From positions 1 to 64,000 of IMG/VR virus record IMGVR_UViG_3300045988_116039: a stretch of DNA of 64,000 nt; one strand, given 5' to 3'. Source of the DNA: a virus. Of the stretch, positions 9,321 through 18,950 are shown one piece after another. Under the pieces are notes generated by a model. The model was not told the DNA's origin, did not search any database, and saw only the letters and a program-made list of their open reading frames with translations. The translations under genes were made by a program, and so were the position numbers. The stretch's first letter is position 1. Each line of letters begins with the position of its first letter.

Positions 9321-11021
9321 TTATTTTTTGTCATCTCCTTTTAATTTCTTTAAAGTATCTGCAATCGGAAGCTGATCAATGACTCCCAATGCCGGAGCGA
9401 CGGTCTTGACAACATTGTTAAGGAAATTACCGGTGCTGTTTTGACCACCGTCAAATACCGTGATATTTCCGAGATTGATGTGCTCGAACGCCTTAACCTG
9501 TTCTCCAGCAATTTCTTTCCACTGATTAACCATCTTGTACTGAATGGCGATCTGAGGATTGGATTCTGCTGCTTCCACCATAGCCTTAAATCCGTCGGCT
9601 TCTGCCATTAACGACTTTTTCTTACCTTCGGCTTCTGCCTCCAGCTTCATCTGAATAGCCTTTGCCTCTGCCTCAGCTTTTGCCAAATGTGCTGCTGCCT
9701 CAGCCTCAGCCCGGCGTTTGATCTTCTCGGCCTCAGCATCAGCTTGTAATATAGCCTCTTCCTTCTGGGTTTCAGCCGGCACAATCTTTTCAGCCTTAAG
9801 CGCAGCCTGAACTTTCTTAGCCTTAGCTTCTTCCACTTCTTTATCAGCAAGCTCTTTTGCCGTTTTTACAGCCGCTTCCGATTTAACTTTTTCTTCTCCG
9901 GCCTTCTTTTCTGATTGAGCTTTGATAATCTGTAGTTCTGATACTGACACAGCAACCTCCTTCTGGGCATTGTTGTATCCTATAGACGCATTTTTCTCAG
10001 CCTCAGCCTTCTTAATCTGAGCTTCAGAGTCTTGTATTGCTATAGCTGCTTCCTTGTCAGCTTCAGCCTTATTCTTTCCGACTTCTTCCATCCTTTCAGC
10101 CTCGGCTTTATTTACTTCAAGTTCTGCCTTAGATCTTACGATCGCCGATTCCTTGTCGGTTAAAGTTTTTGCGATAACCGCAGCCCTGTCTCTATCTGCT
10201 TGAGCTACACCGATCTGTTTCTCCTTATCGGTTAAAGCTAAAGCTATTTCTTTTTCTTTCTTCGTTTCAGCTACTATCGTTTCCTTTTCTTTTTCAGTAC
10301 AAGCAATTTGAATCTCTTGTTCTTTTTTGGTATTAGCCACAGCCGTTTCTTTCTCCTTCTGCTGTACAGCAATCTTAATAGCACCCAGCTTCTCCTGTTC
10401 TTCGATATTAGCCTGTGCCTCGTTCAGAGCCCTACTTTCAGCTTCCTTACCAAGGTTCATAATATAACCGGCTTCGTCTCTGATGTCACTGATGTTGATG
10501 TTCAGGAGGTAAAGACCTAACTTGTTAAGCTCGTTATCAATGTTCTTTCTCGCCTTATCCAAAAACTCATCCCTGTCAGAATTAAGTTTTTCGATCGTCA
10601 TTTCAGCAATAATCAAACGCATCTGACCGTAAACGATGTCCGTAATAAGATTTTCAGTAGATTCGGTATCCATCCCCAAAAGTCTTTCTGCCGCATTTTG
10701 CATGATTTCGGGATTTGTACTGATAGCTACTGTAATGGTCGTAGGTACATCTACTCTAATATTCTGAGATGACAAAGCACCGGTAAGCTTGCAATCTATT
10801 TGCATAGGCTCCATTGACAAAACATCATAGCTTTGAATAATAGGCAAGACAAATGCCGCTCCACCATGATATAATTTCGCCGATTTCTTTTCCCCACCTG
10901 TCTTACCATAAACGACCAAGACCTGATTAGGCTTACATCTACGATACCTTGATAAGACTCCGATGATTGTCAAAATAATCACTACAGCTAAGATAGCTGA
11001 CACGTACATGATTGTTGTCAT
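9321..11021 (-). CDS. Flotillin-like SPFH (band-7) protein, YqiK/FloT-type
   Basis: N-terminal TM helix, an SPFH domain (VVYGKTGG...VDVPTTITVAIS...), a long E/A/K-rich coiled coil (flotillin repeats) and a conserved C-terminus. Size and architecture match YqiK/FloT. Confidence 0.8.
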   Translation of the reverse strand: MTTIMYVSAILAVVIILTIIGVLSRYRRCKPNQVLVVYGKTGGEKKSAKLYHGGAAFVLPIIQSYDVLSMEPMQIDCKLTGALSSQNIRVDVPTTITVAISTNPEIMQNAAERLLGMDTESTENLITDIVYGQMRLIIAEMTIEKLNSDRDEFLDKARKNIDNELNKLGLYLLNINISDIRDEAGYIMNLGKEAESRALNEAQANIEEQEKLGAIKIAVQQKEKETAVANTKKEQEIQIACTEKEKETIVAETKKEKEIALALTDKEKQIGVAQADRDRAAVIAKTLTDKESAIVRSKAELEVNKAEAERMEEVGKNKAEADKEAAIAIQDSEAQIKKAEAEKNASIGYNNAQKEVAVSVSELQIIKAQSEKKAGEEKVKSEAAVKTAKELADKEVEEAKAKKVQAALKAEKIVPAETQKEEAILQADAEAEKIKRRAEAEAAAHLAKAEAEAKAIQMKLEAEAEGKKKSLMAEADGFKAMVEAAESNPQIAIQYKMVNQWKEIAGEQVKAFEHINLGNITVFDGGQNSTGNFLNNVVKTVAPALGVIDQLPIADTLKKLKGDDKK

Positions 11022-11052
11022 AACTTTTAAAATTTAATTGTTGATAAAAAAA

Positions 11053-11547
11053 TTAGATACTTAATTCTCCTTCTTCATATTTTATATTCGCCTTGTCGCC
11101 GTTTTTGTAGGTTTTTCCAGACAAGCATTTTACTCTCATTTGCTCTTGTCTTCCATTTTTCGAAATATTTACCATATAATGATTCTTCCCTGATCTAAAT
11201 ACTATCTCCACTTCTCTTCCGTTTAAATCTTCCGGACATTCGTACACCATTTCTTGCTTTAACTTAAGAAGTAACTTATATACGTAAAACAAAACGATAA
11301 AGAAAAACGACCCTATCACAACCCCTACTAAATGGGAACCCGAAAAGTAGGTAGTCCAGCTATATCCAAGAATAAAATGTGTTATGCCCTTGAATGATAT
11401 AATGTCCGACAAAGACATACTTAAATCAGAAGCACTGTCAATGTCAATATCCGTATCCAGATCAGATCCTAATATCGATAACAAAAACTGTATAACAAAA
11501 GCAAATGACGCTATTAAAGCCATGCATAAAATTATGTCACTTCCCAT
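11053..11547 (-). CDS. NfeD-like membrane protein (YqiJ/YuaF-type partner of SPFH proteins)
   Basis: Several TM helices followed by a C-terminal OB-fold-like beta region (GREVEIVF...VKCLSGKTYKNGDKANIKYEEGEL). It lies directly upstream of the flotillin gene, as in yqiJK and yuaF-floT. Confidence 0.65.
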   Translation of the reverse strand: MGSDIILCMALIASFAFVIQFLLSILGSDLDTDIDIDSASDLSMSLSDIISFKGITHFILGYSWTTYFSGSHLVGVVIGSFFFIVLFYVYKLLLKLKQEMVYECPEDLNGREVEIVFRSGKNHYMVNISKNGRQEQMRVKCLSGKTYKNGDKANIKYEEGELSI

Positions 11548-11788
11548 ACCCTTCTGTTATTATTTTGTAAACAAGATCAGTCATATCTTTGATGGTCTCC
11601 ATATCATAATCAATAATAACAATATTGAATTTTTGTTCCACCATCACATCAAGCTCAATTCGATCAATAGAATCTAATCCAAGTTCTTTAAACGTCACAT
11701 CTTCTTCATGAACTATATCTATTTCCGAATTAAGAAACTGAGTAATAATTATATCCTCTATTATCTTTCTGATTCTTACTTTTTCCAT
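11537..11788 (-). CDS. Acyl carrier protein
   Basis: 83 aa with the ACP signature LGLDSIDRIELDVMVEQKFNI (a phosphopantetheine-attachment Ser in a DSL-like motif). Confidence 0.7.
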   Translation of the reverse strand: MEKVRIRKIIEDIIITQFLNSEIDIVHEEDVTFKELGLDSIDRIELDVMVEQKFNIVIIDYDMETIKDMTDLVYKIITEGYGK

Positions 11789-12489
11789 TGCTTTCTAATT
11801 TTGTTAAATAAATACGTTTTTATGTTTTTCAATCGCTCTTTGTCTGTTTCAGAACTTCCGGTAAACAAATAATCCGGATTGCCTTTAGCCGGCGGCGTAG
11901 GCAATTTAGATACGGCAAACAACCAATCCATTTCCTTATTCTTCTTAGACTCCAAATAAGGCTCGGTAGCGATCTTAAATTTTTCAGCTATTAAGTCAAA
12001 GAGCTTTGAATTTTTAAGGTTCATATGTACTGAAAAAGCCTGAGAAGGTGGTTTCCATATGAAGTTGCATAAGCTCATTGTATAATCTCCTGACTCTGCT
12101 ATATAAGATTCCGTTACCTGAAGTATGACCTCTTTCTTGAATGAGGTGTTACCCATAAACCAACACAATCTGGATTCTGCTTCTTTTCTGCTGACACCTA
12201 TGTCTTTTGAATATGATTCGTACATTCCTATCATAATCTTCAACGTTTCCAGAACCTCGTCTGTCATTTCCGGTGTCTCTATATAATTTACAAAAGACGT
12301 TCCTTTGTTGGTTAATCTCATCACGCCTGATTTTAATTTCTCAACCAGGCCAAGCTCTATATACCTCCCAGCATCTTCTTCCGGCATGGCTTCGATCATA
12401 ACCGAATCCTTCTGTCTTATGGCAAGAAGATTAGCAAGATCATTAGGAGTCATGTCTGATGCTGCAAGTTGTCTGAAATTGATGTACAT
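11776..12489 (-). CDS. Hypothetical protein
   Basis: ORF of 237 aa. Confidence 0.55.
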   Translation of the reverse strand: MYINFRQLAASDMTPNDLANLLAIRQKDSVMIEAMPEEDAGRYIELGLVEKLKSGVMRLTNKGTSFVNYIETPEMTDEVLETLKIMIGMYESYSKDIGVSRKEAESRLCWFMGNTSFKKEVILQVTESYIAESGDYTMSLCNFIWKPPSQAFSVHMNLKNSKLFDLIAEKFKIATEPYLESKKNKEMDWLFAVSKLPTPPAKGNPDYLFTGSSETDKERLKNIKTYLFNKIRKQWKK

Positions 12490-12491
12490 TC

Positions 12492-12689
12492 TTAATCAGC
12501 TTTAATGAAAATAACATTCTTGTTATCTTGTCTATCAACATGTTCACATGGACCAATAATTATGTCTGTACATGAACAATAATTGTAATTTTCGAATATA
12601 CACCTATCGCATGTATCACCTTCCACACATTTTAATCTTACAAGTCCGGCAGTAAACACTTCTCCTACTTTAAATTCCTTCTTTTCCAT
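12492..12689 (-). CDS. Small Cys-rich protein (CDRCIF motif), paralog of 30453-30722
   Basis: 65 aa. The ...CDRCIFENYNYCSC...C motif is shared with ORF 30453-30722. Confidence 0.45.
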   Translation of the reverse strand: MEKKEFKVGEVFTAGLVRLKCVEGDTCDRCIFENYNYCSCTDIIIGPCEHVDRQDNKNVIFIKAD

Positions 12690-12704
12690 ATTCCCTCCTT
12701 GTTT

Positions 12705-13307
12705 TTAACTGTTGTACCCTTCTTTAATAATCGAATTTCTACCGGTAGATACTGACTGTCGAAGATCGTCATGTACAGAATCTACCGTAGAATACTTGTT
12801 TCTGGTTGTAAAAATCACTTCCAGCATCTCCTTATAATCACCTAAAGCTACTTCATATCTCGGATCTACTTTGGCTTTTCTTTCGGCCTCGGCATTACTC
12901 TTAGCCAGCTCTCGGTCAAGAAGATCTTCTTTGATTCGGTCAGCAATCATATCAAGCTCTTTCTTGATTACTTCGCCGGCTGCCCGAAGTTGACCTTCTA
13001 CGTCGCCAAGCTGATCTTGGACGGTTCCTATTTCTTTCTTTAGACGATCGTATTCGTTAATCATACCCATATCACCTGCATAGCCGGAAAAGTCCTTGAT
13101 TATTCTGGTTCCTTCTTTAAGGAGCTCAATGACTCGTCTTTTGCGTTCTCTGCTTATTAAAGACGGAAGACGATAATTCATATCCGCCACCGCCTTGTCG
13201 TGTATGGAGTTGATTAAAAACATCTCTCTTTCATCCCCTGCAAATTCGGTAAGAACCAAAAGGAACTTACTTATCAGGTATTCGTTTTCTTCTACAGTAA
13301 GTCTCAT
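12705..13307 (-). CDS. Hypothetical coiled-coil protein
   Basis: ORF of 200 aa. Confidence 0.55.
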   Translation of the reverse strand: MRLTVEENEYLISKFLLVLTEFAGDEREMFLINSIHDKAVADMNYRLPSLISRERKRRVIELLKEGTRIIKDFSGYAGDMGMINEYDRLKKEIGTVQDQLGDVEGQLRAAGEVIKKELDMIADRIKEDLLDRELAKSNAEAERKAKVDPRYEVALGDYKEMLEVIFTTRNKYSTVDSVHDDLRQSVSTGRNSIIKEGYNS

Positions 13308-13320
13308 ACGTTTCTTTTTT

Positions 13321-14439
13321 TTAATATACTGACTGTTCTTCCTTTGTCTCTTGTTCTTGATTGTCCGTAACGTCTTCCACAGTATAGAGCTTGGGCGGCG
13401 TCGGCGGCTGGTTGGGGTTCACGAACTTCGTACCTCCCTCCCCGTACATCCATCCATGCCCCGGCAGAATCTCTGGGTGGATTGTGTTAGTAAGCTCTTC
13501 CATACTAACCTGCCTTACCTTCAGTATATGATGAAACACCAGTCCGGCTGTCCTGAATGATGTTTTGTTTTCAGTTTTAAACCTATCAAGAGTCTGATAC
13601 CAATCTTTCCCAAATATCATATACTTATCCAGTCCGTACCGACGAGGATTATGCAAACCTATCATTAACGTACATAACTGACCCAGCGTATCAGACTGGT
13701 AAAAATCAGAAAGACGCGGAGGTTGCTCTTGTGGGCTTTTTATCCTTCCTTCTATCTCTCTGTTGAATTGGGATATAATGAGGAAAAATATGTTTTTATA
13801 TACTAATTTAGCCTCATTCATAACCGCCACCAAATCATCTATAGCCGACTTAGGATCTAATCCCATTCTTTTTATTAAAGCAATATGATCGACTTTAAAT
13901 ATTATAAGACGTTTGTCTTTGTGTTTGGTAGCTATATGATACACAGCCGCCTCAAACTCTTTTACCGTACACGGAGCATCGATGTATATTATATTATTTC
14001 TGATTTCACCTTGAAGGATTTCAAACATCCTCATCTCTTCTACTGTATTAGAATCTTGCCTTCTTAATATTTCAGGAGCCCTCTTTTTCATATCCTGGCT
14101 CATTCTACGAAGAAGAAGATCTTGAGGATTCATTTCGAACTCGCAATTGACAAGAAAATAATCTTCTGCTTGCGGGTTGATCATCGGATTCATTACATTT
14201 TCCAATATCTTTTGGGCCACATACGATTTACCCACAGATGGCCGGGCTCCTATGGCAATAGCATGCTGAGGAAAAATACCTCCAAGCAAAGCCTCATCAA
14301 TATAATCGTATCCGGTTTTAGCGGGGATAAGCTCTCCCCGCCTGTATTTTAAGATATTCTCATACGCCTCTTCCATAACCTGTTTAGAGGTCTTGAATAT
14401 CCTTCTTATATCTATCCTATTTGCTATCTCCTCTTGCAT
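13321..14439 (-). CDS. DnaB-like replicative helicase (RecA-fold C-terminal domain)
   Basis: GYDYIDEALLGGIFPQHAIAIGARPSVGKSYVAQ matches the DnaB Walker A region. The ORF track starts at a GTG (14448); the more likely start is the ATG at 14439, preceded by AAAGGTGA. Confidence 0.65.
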   Translation of the reverse strand: MQEEIANRIDIRRIFKTSKQVMEEAYENILKYRRGELIPAKTGYDYIDEALLGGIFPQHAIAIGARPSVGKSYVAQKILENVMNPMINPQAEDYFLVNCEFEMNPQDLLLRRMSQDMKKRAPEILRRQDSNTVEEMRMFEILQGEIRNNIIYIDAPCTVKEFEAAVYHIATKHKDKRLIIFKVDHIALIKRMGLDPKSAIDDLVAVMNEAKLVYKNIFFLIISQFNREIEGRIKSPQEQPPRLSDFYQSDTLGQLCTLMIGLHNPRRYGLDKYMIFGKDWYQTLDRFKTENKTSFRTAGLVFHHILKVRQVSMEELTNTIHPEILPGHGWMYGEGGTKFVNPNQPPTPPKLYTVEDVTDNQEQETKEEQSVY

Positions 14440-14695
14440 TTTTGTCACCTTTTGTATCCGATTTGGACCCCCTATTAGCTTTTACTGATTTATACCTAAG
14501 ACCGTTCTTGGTATGAGAACAATCTTTACCTTTCCTCCAGCCCTTGCCTTTCTTTTTGTCCGTTTCGTAGTTTTTACGACCAAGCTCCCGGCGTTTGGCT
14601 TTCTGTTCTGGTCTGGCATTTATCTCCTTATCTTTTTTAGCCTTTTTTTTCCTGGCTTCAGGATGAGTCCTGTAGTACTCTGTTGAACGTCCCAT
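14417..14695 (-). CDS. Hypothetical highly basic (K/R-rich) protein
   Basis: 92 aa and very Lys/Arg-rich. It overlaps the 5' end of the helicase gene by about 23 nt. Confidence 0.4.
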   Translation of the reverse strand: MGRSTEYYRTHPEARKKKAKKDKEINARPEQKAKRRELGRKNYETDKKKGKGWRKGKDCSHTKNGLRYKSVKANRGSKSDTKGDKNARGDSK

Positions 14696-14745
14696 TTCTT
14701 TGTATTTTAAAAGTTAATGATACAAAGATAAGTATTAACAGATTC

Positions 14746-15312
14746 CTACTTTAAAAAGCCGTAACTCATATCTGGGTCACACCAAACATACCCATCTTTG
14801 TCATGATGTAAGTACGATGGGCAGCCATGACAGGCACTACTTCCACATACGATCTTACTGTTTTTGTTCTGACATTCATCACCAGGCTTATGCCATTCAA
14901 TGTTAGAACCGGACCGGCTTTTATTTACATGACAGAACTGAAATACTTTCCCCATCGTCTTTTCTCCGAACATACCGATGTGTGTATATTCAGGAGGTAA
15001 ATTTAGAAACTCAGATAGGTCTTCGTACATCTTCTTCCTTTCTTCCGGTGTAACCCATAACCTATCTAATTCAGCATGAACCCTCATCTTAAGAGATCGG
15101 AGCGAAGCATCTGCCAACCTGCCCAGCGCCTTACCTTTATTAGGACCGGTACCATGTACACCTACATAAGCATTGCACGGCTTACACATCATTACCATGC
15201 CTAATCCTTTTCTTTTATATATTTCGTCGGCATTAACCAGCTTCGTTTCCCTACCACAATAAGGGCATATTTCTCCGGCTAAAACCCGTTGTTGCTTTTC
15301 AGAGAGTTCCAT
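14746..15312 (-). CDS. Zinc-finger protein (DUF3268-like N-terminal zinc ribbon)
   Basis: CPYCG...MCKPCNAYVGVHG... plus further Cys/His clusters. Confidence 0.5.
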   Translation of the reverse strand: MELSEKQQRVLAGEICPYCGRETKLVNADEIYKRKGLGMVMMCKPCNAYVGVHGTGPNKGKALGRLADASLRSLKMRVHAELDRLWVTPEERKKMYEDLSEFLNLPPEYTHIGMFGEKTMGKVFQFCHVNKSRSGSNIEWHKPGDECQNKNSKIVCGSSACHGCPSYLHHDKDGYVWCDPDMSYGFLK

Positions 15313-15554
15313 ACTTTATCTTTTTGAGCTTCTTTAAACTTATCATATAGGCTTTTTTCGGTTTCCACTTCGGAAATCTCAATCTCCACCCCTTCTCTTT
15401 TTAATATTACTTTCTTGGCAGTAGGATACGCACATTTAGAGATACGAATAGCATTACGAATAGCGTAAACAAAATACGTTTCTGGTGATGATTCGATCAC
15501 CACTACCTCGTTTAAAGTGTTTTTGTAATTTTCCATGTTATCTACTTGCTTCAA
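15279..15554 (-). CDS. Hypothetical protein
   Basis: ORF of 91 aa. Confidence 0.45.
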   Translation of the reverse strand: MKQVDNMENYKNTLNEVVVIESSPETYFVYAIRNAIRISKCAYPTAKKVILKREGVEIEISEVETEKSLYDKFKEAQKDKVWNSLKSNNGF

Positions 15555-15891
15555 TTATATAACCCGGATGATCTTCACACGCCTTTTTATATTCGATAAG
15601 AAACTTAAGAAATGAATCATAAGACCCCCATCCGTTTTTCGGCTCGTATCTCAAAAGACTTTTTCTCTTGGAGATCATAATACATATACCTTTTGTAAGT
15701 ACATTCTTCATCTCATTGGTATATATTTCTCTATACAATTCTTCTGGTCTCCAAACATAATCGTACAGCGTTTCTTTATTTTCTGATACGAATATTCTTT
15801 GTGCCATCTTGTTCATGTTGTGGGTGATGTTTGCAACCCATTCACGATCCTCTTCCTTCTTCTTACTCTTAATATAAACATCCAGGCTCAT
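15538..15891 (-). CDS. Hypothetical protein
   Basis: ORF of 117 aa. Confidence 0.5.
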   Translation of the reverse strand: MSLDVYIKSKKKEEDREWVANITHNMNKMAQRIFVSENKETLYDYVWRPEELYREIYTNEMKNVLTKGICIMISKRKSLLRYEPKNGWGSYDSFLKFLIEYKKACEDHPGYIIEASR

Positions 15892-16882
15892 GATATTTTT
15901 CCTTTACCTTGTTACTAATTATTAAATCTGCCACATCATCTCCATCTCCTACATTTTCAACATTTTGAAGATAGTCCGATACTTTTATCCTTGACTTCAT
16001 CATCATTCCATCTATCTTTTTACTCCATGTATCAAATGCTTGTCCTTTGTCCGGAAAAGCTACAGTCTTTCTATCTTTTAAAACATCTATCACTTCCGGC
16101 CTTAGATTCTGCAACCCTCCGGTGGCCACAAATAATTCATCTGGTTTATTCACAGCGCATATAATAGCCGTCTTTTCTGATTCCACCAGATTAACCACCT
16201 TATCCGGATACTGGCTTAGAAGATGCTCTCCGAACAGGCATTGTCTAAACAAGAAGTCCCTTGCATGCAACGAGTGATAAAACATGACATGAGGCCGCTC
16301 ATTGTCACCGTCTTTTTCTTTCACTCTTTTTACATCAATCTCATTCCCCTGGCCGTCGGTCTTTATATAAAAGTCCATGATCTTGCCGGTTCTACATACA
16401 AAGTCCTTATCTATCTGCCAGAATATACAACACCCTTTCCATCCCCATAAGTCCATTGTTCCGACATGATATCTTCTAAATACGTCAGATACCCTTTCTT
16501 TTCCCCATAGAGACGATAAAAATCTAAATACAGTATTTCTATCATCTGGAACCACAGTCCTCTCAAACTCGCTAAAAGGTATGTAATTTACAACATCAGG
16601 GTTTACAGGAGGACGATAAGCTCTTATACACTTATTCCCAGAAATCCAAAGATCTTTGTCACCTACATCCTTGCCGGTAGGTCGTTTATCGTAACCGCAA
16701 GTCCGTTCATGATCGCATCTTCCGAACTCGTTTCCAACAATCTGACCTGTTGCCACATCAATATAAGGAGTAAGGCACCGGCCTTTCCCGCAGGCCGGGC
16801 AGGTTAGCTTCAGTCGGCTCCTGCCGGGTCTGCGGTCAAGTTGAAACCGGGGTACGTTTTCGTATTTTCTAAAATCAAGCAT
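15869..16882 (-). CDS. Putative DNA primase (N-terminal zinc finger plus TOPRIM-like core)
   Basis: CPACGKGRC...CDHERTCGY zinc-binding N-terminus and an acidic ESEKTAI / DGDD region. It sits 1.4 kb from the DnaB-like helicase (14.7 vs 13.3 kb). The family assignment is tentative. Confidence 0.45.
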   Translation of the reverse strand: MLDFRKYENVPRFQLDRRPGRSRLKLTCPACGKGRCLTPYIDVATGQIVGNEFGRCDHERTCGYDKRPTGKDVGDKDLWISGNKCIRAYRPPVNPDVVNYIPFSEFERTVVPDDRNTVFRFLSSLWGKERVSDVFRRYHVGTMDLWGWKGCCIFWQIDKDFVCRTGKIMDFYIKTDGQGNEIDVKRVKEKDGDNERPHVMFYHSLHARDFLFRQCLFGEHLLSQYPDKVVNLVESEKTAIICAVNKPDELFVATGGLQNLRPEVIDVLKDRKTVAFPDKGQAFDTWSKKIDGMMMKSRIKVSDYLQNVENVGDGDDVADLIISNKVKEKYHEPGCLY

Positions 16883-17225
16883 TTTTAACTCCTCTCATTG
16901 CCTCTATGACTCTATCTGCTATAGTTATAGACCATGACACCACATCTGGTACATATACTCCGCAATCTATTTCACCTTTTCTATTTTGTGCTTTAACAAA
17001 CTCAATAGAATAAGCCTTAATAAGATCGAATCTACGTTGCTCCCAGTCTACATCTTTGTTTTCGTCATTTACAGGAAGGGTATCGAGATAAAAATTTAAA
17101 CTCTCACTTATCACATTCCCATTATTATCATAGAACTGTATTCTGTCATGGTCGCTTCTTGTAGTTGAGCTACTGAAAGTGATTACTTCTATTATCTCTC
17201 CTGTTCTTCTAATTTTTCTTTTCAT
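16875..17225 (-). CDS. Hypothetical protein
   Basis: ORF of 116 aa. Confidence 0.5.
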   Translation of the reverse strand: MKRKIRRTGEIIEVITFSSSTTRSDHDRIQFYDNNGNVISESLNFYLDTLPVNDENKDVDWEQRRFDLIKAYSIEFVKAQNRKGEIDCGVYVPDVVSWSITIADRVIEAMRGVKNA

Positions 17226-17455
17226 ACTCTTCTTGTATTTCTGACCAATATAGGCATTATTATTTCGATGGTCTTGCCATATTTCTTATGAGATGCAAGT
17301 ACACATATTGCATATTTATCTCCTATTTTCAAATCTTTCGATAATCTTAATCTTGAACCCCTTTTGATGTTAATAAAATAATCACCAAAAGGATTGATGC
17401 ATATCGGTTTTACGATTTCTATATAATCTCCTTCAGGAATAACAATATCGTTCAT
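17222..17455 (-). CDS. Hypothetical protein
   Basis: ORF of 77 aa with 4-nt overlaps on both sides. Confidence 0.45.
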   Translation of the reverse strand: MNDIVIPEGDYIEIVKPICINPFGDYFINIKRGSRLRLSKDLKIGDKYAICVLASHKKYGKTIEIIMPILVRNTRRV

Positions 17456-18768
17456 ATTATGAATCTTTTAGACATTTCCTCTGCAATATCATACACGACC
17501 GTATGATCCTCTTCATTGTACGGCTTATTGATATTCAGCACTCCTTTTCTCACTTTGAACTTCTTATCTTTTCTAAGGTGATTCAACATACCTTGTTGGA
17601 ACACGCAGTCCGCCTTTTCAAGTGCTATACTGTCTTCTGTCCATTCTTTCAGCGTATATCCTTTGCTGCTCGTGCTTTTTGGAGAAAAGTTCATAATACG
17701 TGCATCAATCCCATACCATGCTTTAACCATTCTTCTTTCAGCTTCTAATTGAAATGCATATGATTCCCATATTCCCCCTGATTTAAAGTCGAGAATAACC
17801 ACTTCTTCCTTCTCCACGTCTCTTACCTCCTTCTTCGGATCACCTTTTTTGAACTGCCCTGTGGCCCTTTGATACACGGCTCCAAAATAACCTTCTTCTT
17901 TGTACTTGAATGTCATTTTAACCATCGCATCTATCGGCGTAGCTACCAAATAGTCTTCTAATGACAATATTCTTTCAATCATCATCGGCTTAACCTTATA
18001 CTCCGAACAAAATTTGGCAAACCTCATAATTCTGACAATCATATCATCAAGATCATCAATACTGTTAAAGAACCAATCAAGATTTTTCTTAGATATCTTC
18101 AGCTTACCTTCTTGCACTGTCTTAACTATAAAACTTCGATTTAAGACCATATCTCTACCTGTTAGGTACAATCCGTATAAGTAGTGCATGATCGTTCCCT
18201 TATCAGCTTCATACTGTGCCACCTCTTCCGGATTGCGACCAAGCATCTTCATCTCTTGCTTCCATTCCTGAAGTGCGGTCTTATCATCTACATACCCATC
18301 TTTGATTAAGGTTGTTACCGAAGCATATATCTTGGCCGTCCCATCATCCATCTTCCTTACATAAAAACGATTATCGTCTAATGTCAATCTTACGAATTTA
18401 GGAGTCTCAATCTTCTTCAACTCATCGCAGATATAAAATGGCTCTAATGTTTCCTGATTTTCTATAAACGGATTCGAATCTTCTTCTCCAGGGTTAGGAG
18501 CGGCTTCCTCCGCCTGAGCTTCCGGTTCCTCCTTCTGGGCCTGCTCTGGCTCAGGCGCCGGCTCTTCAACTACTGGAACCTGTCCACCTTTTTCTGCTAT
18601 GTCTCTGTTCTTTATTAAAGACATAACCTCCTTCTTCAACTGCTCTGGTGTTTGGTTAGGATCTGACACCGACATCACAACATCGTTCATTCTAAACAAC
18701 GTATTTCCTTCTCCTTCTACCATAGGCGCAAACCCTAAATCTGTCAATATTTTTATCTTCTCTTTCAT
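17452..18768 (-). CDS. Hypothetical protein, possibly a PD-(D/E)xK nuclease with an acidic Pro/Glu-rich linker
   Basis: 438 aa. The ILDFKSGG (DYKTG-like) and GTIMHYLYG motifs suggest a RecB-like nuclease fold. Low certainty. Confidence 0.45.
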   Translation of the reverse strand: MKEKIKILTDLGFAPMVEGEGNTLFRMNDVVMSVSDPNQTPEQLKKEVMSLIKNRDIAEKGGQVPVVEEPAPEPEQAQKEEPEAQAEEAAPNPGEEDSNPFIENQETLEPFYICDELKKIETPKFVRLTLDDNRFYVRKMDDGTAKIYASVTTLIKDGYVDDKTALQEWKQEMKMLGRNPEEVAQYEADKGTIMHYLYGLYLTGRDMVLNRSFIVKTVQEGKLKISKKNLDWFFNSIDDLDDMIVRIMRFAKFCSEYKVKPMMIERILSLEDYLVATPIDAMVKMTFKYKEEGYFGAVYQRATGQFKKGDPKKEVRDVEKEEVVILDFKSGGIWESYAFQLEAERRMVKAWYGIDARIMNFSPKSTSSKGYTLKEWTEDSIALEKADCVFQQGMLNHLRKDKKFKVRKGVLNINKPYNEEDHTVVYDIAEEMSKRFII

Positions 18769-18950
18769 GATCTTCCTCTAATCAATTCTTCTTTAATACA
18801 ATGTAACACTGTTTCCACTTCATCTTTATCTCTATCTTTCACTGCGATAGCTATATCCTTGCCATAACTCTCTCTTTGTATGTGAGCATAAAAGATAGTT
18901 TCATTGTCAGCTTCTATTCTTATTTTATAAAGCTTTCTCATATCTGTCAA
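18765..18950 (-). CDS. Hypothetical protein
   Basis: ORF of 61 aa. Confidence 0.4.
   Translation of the reverse strand: MTDMRKLYKIRIEADNETIFYAHIQRESYGKDIAIAVKDRDKDEVETVLHCIKEELIRGRS

Noticed and set aside
9647-9850. Arg/Lys/Leu-repeat ORF inside the flotillin gene
   Set aside because: Same-strand alternate frame of the E/A/K-repeat coiled-coil region of the flotillin gene. The repeats also leave the opposite-strand ORF 10308-10520 open. No independent support.
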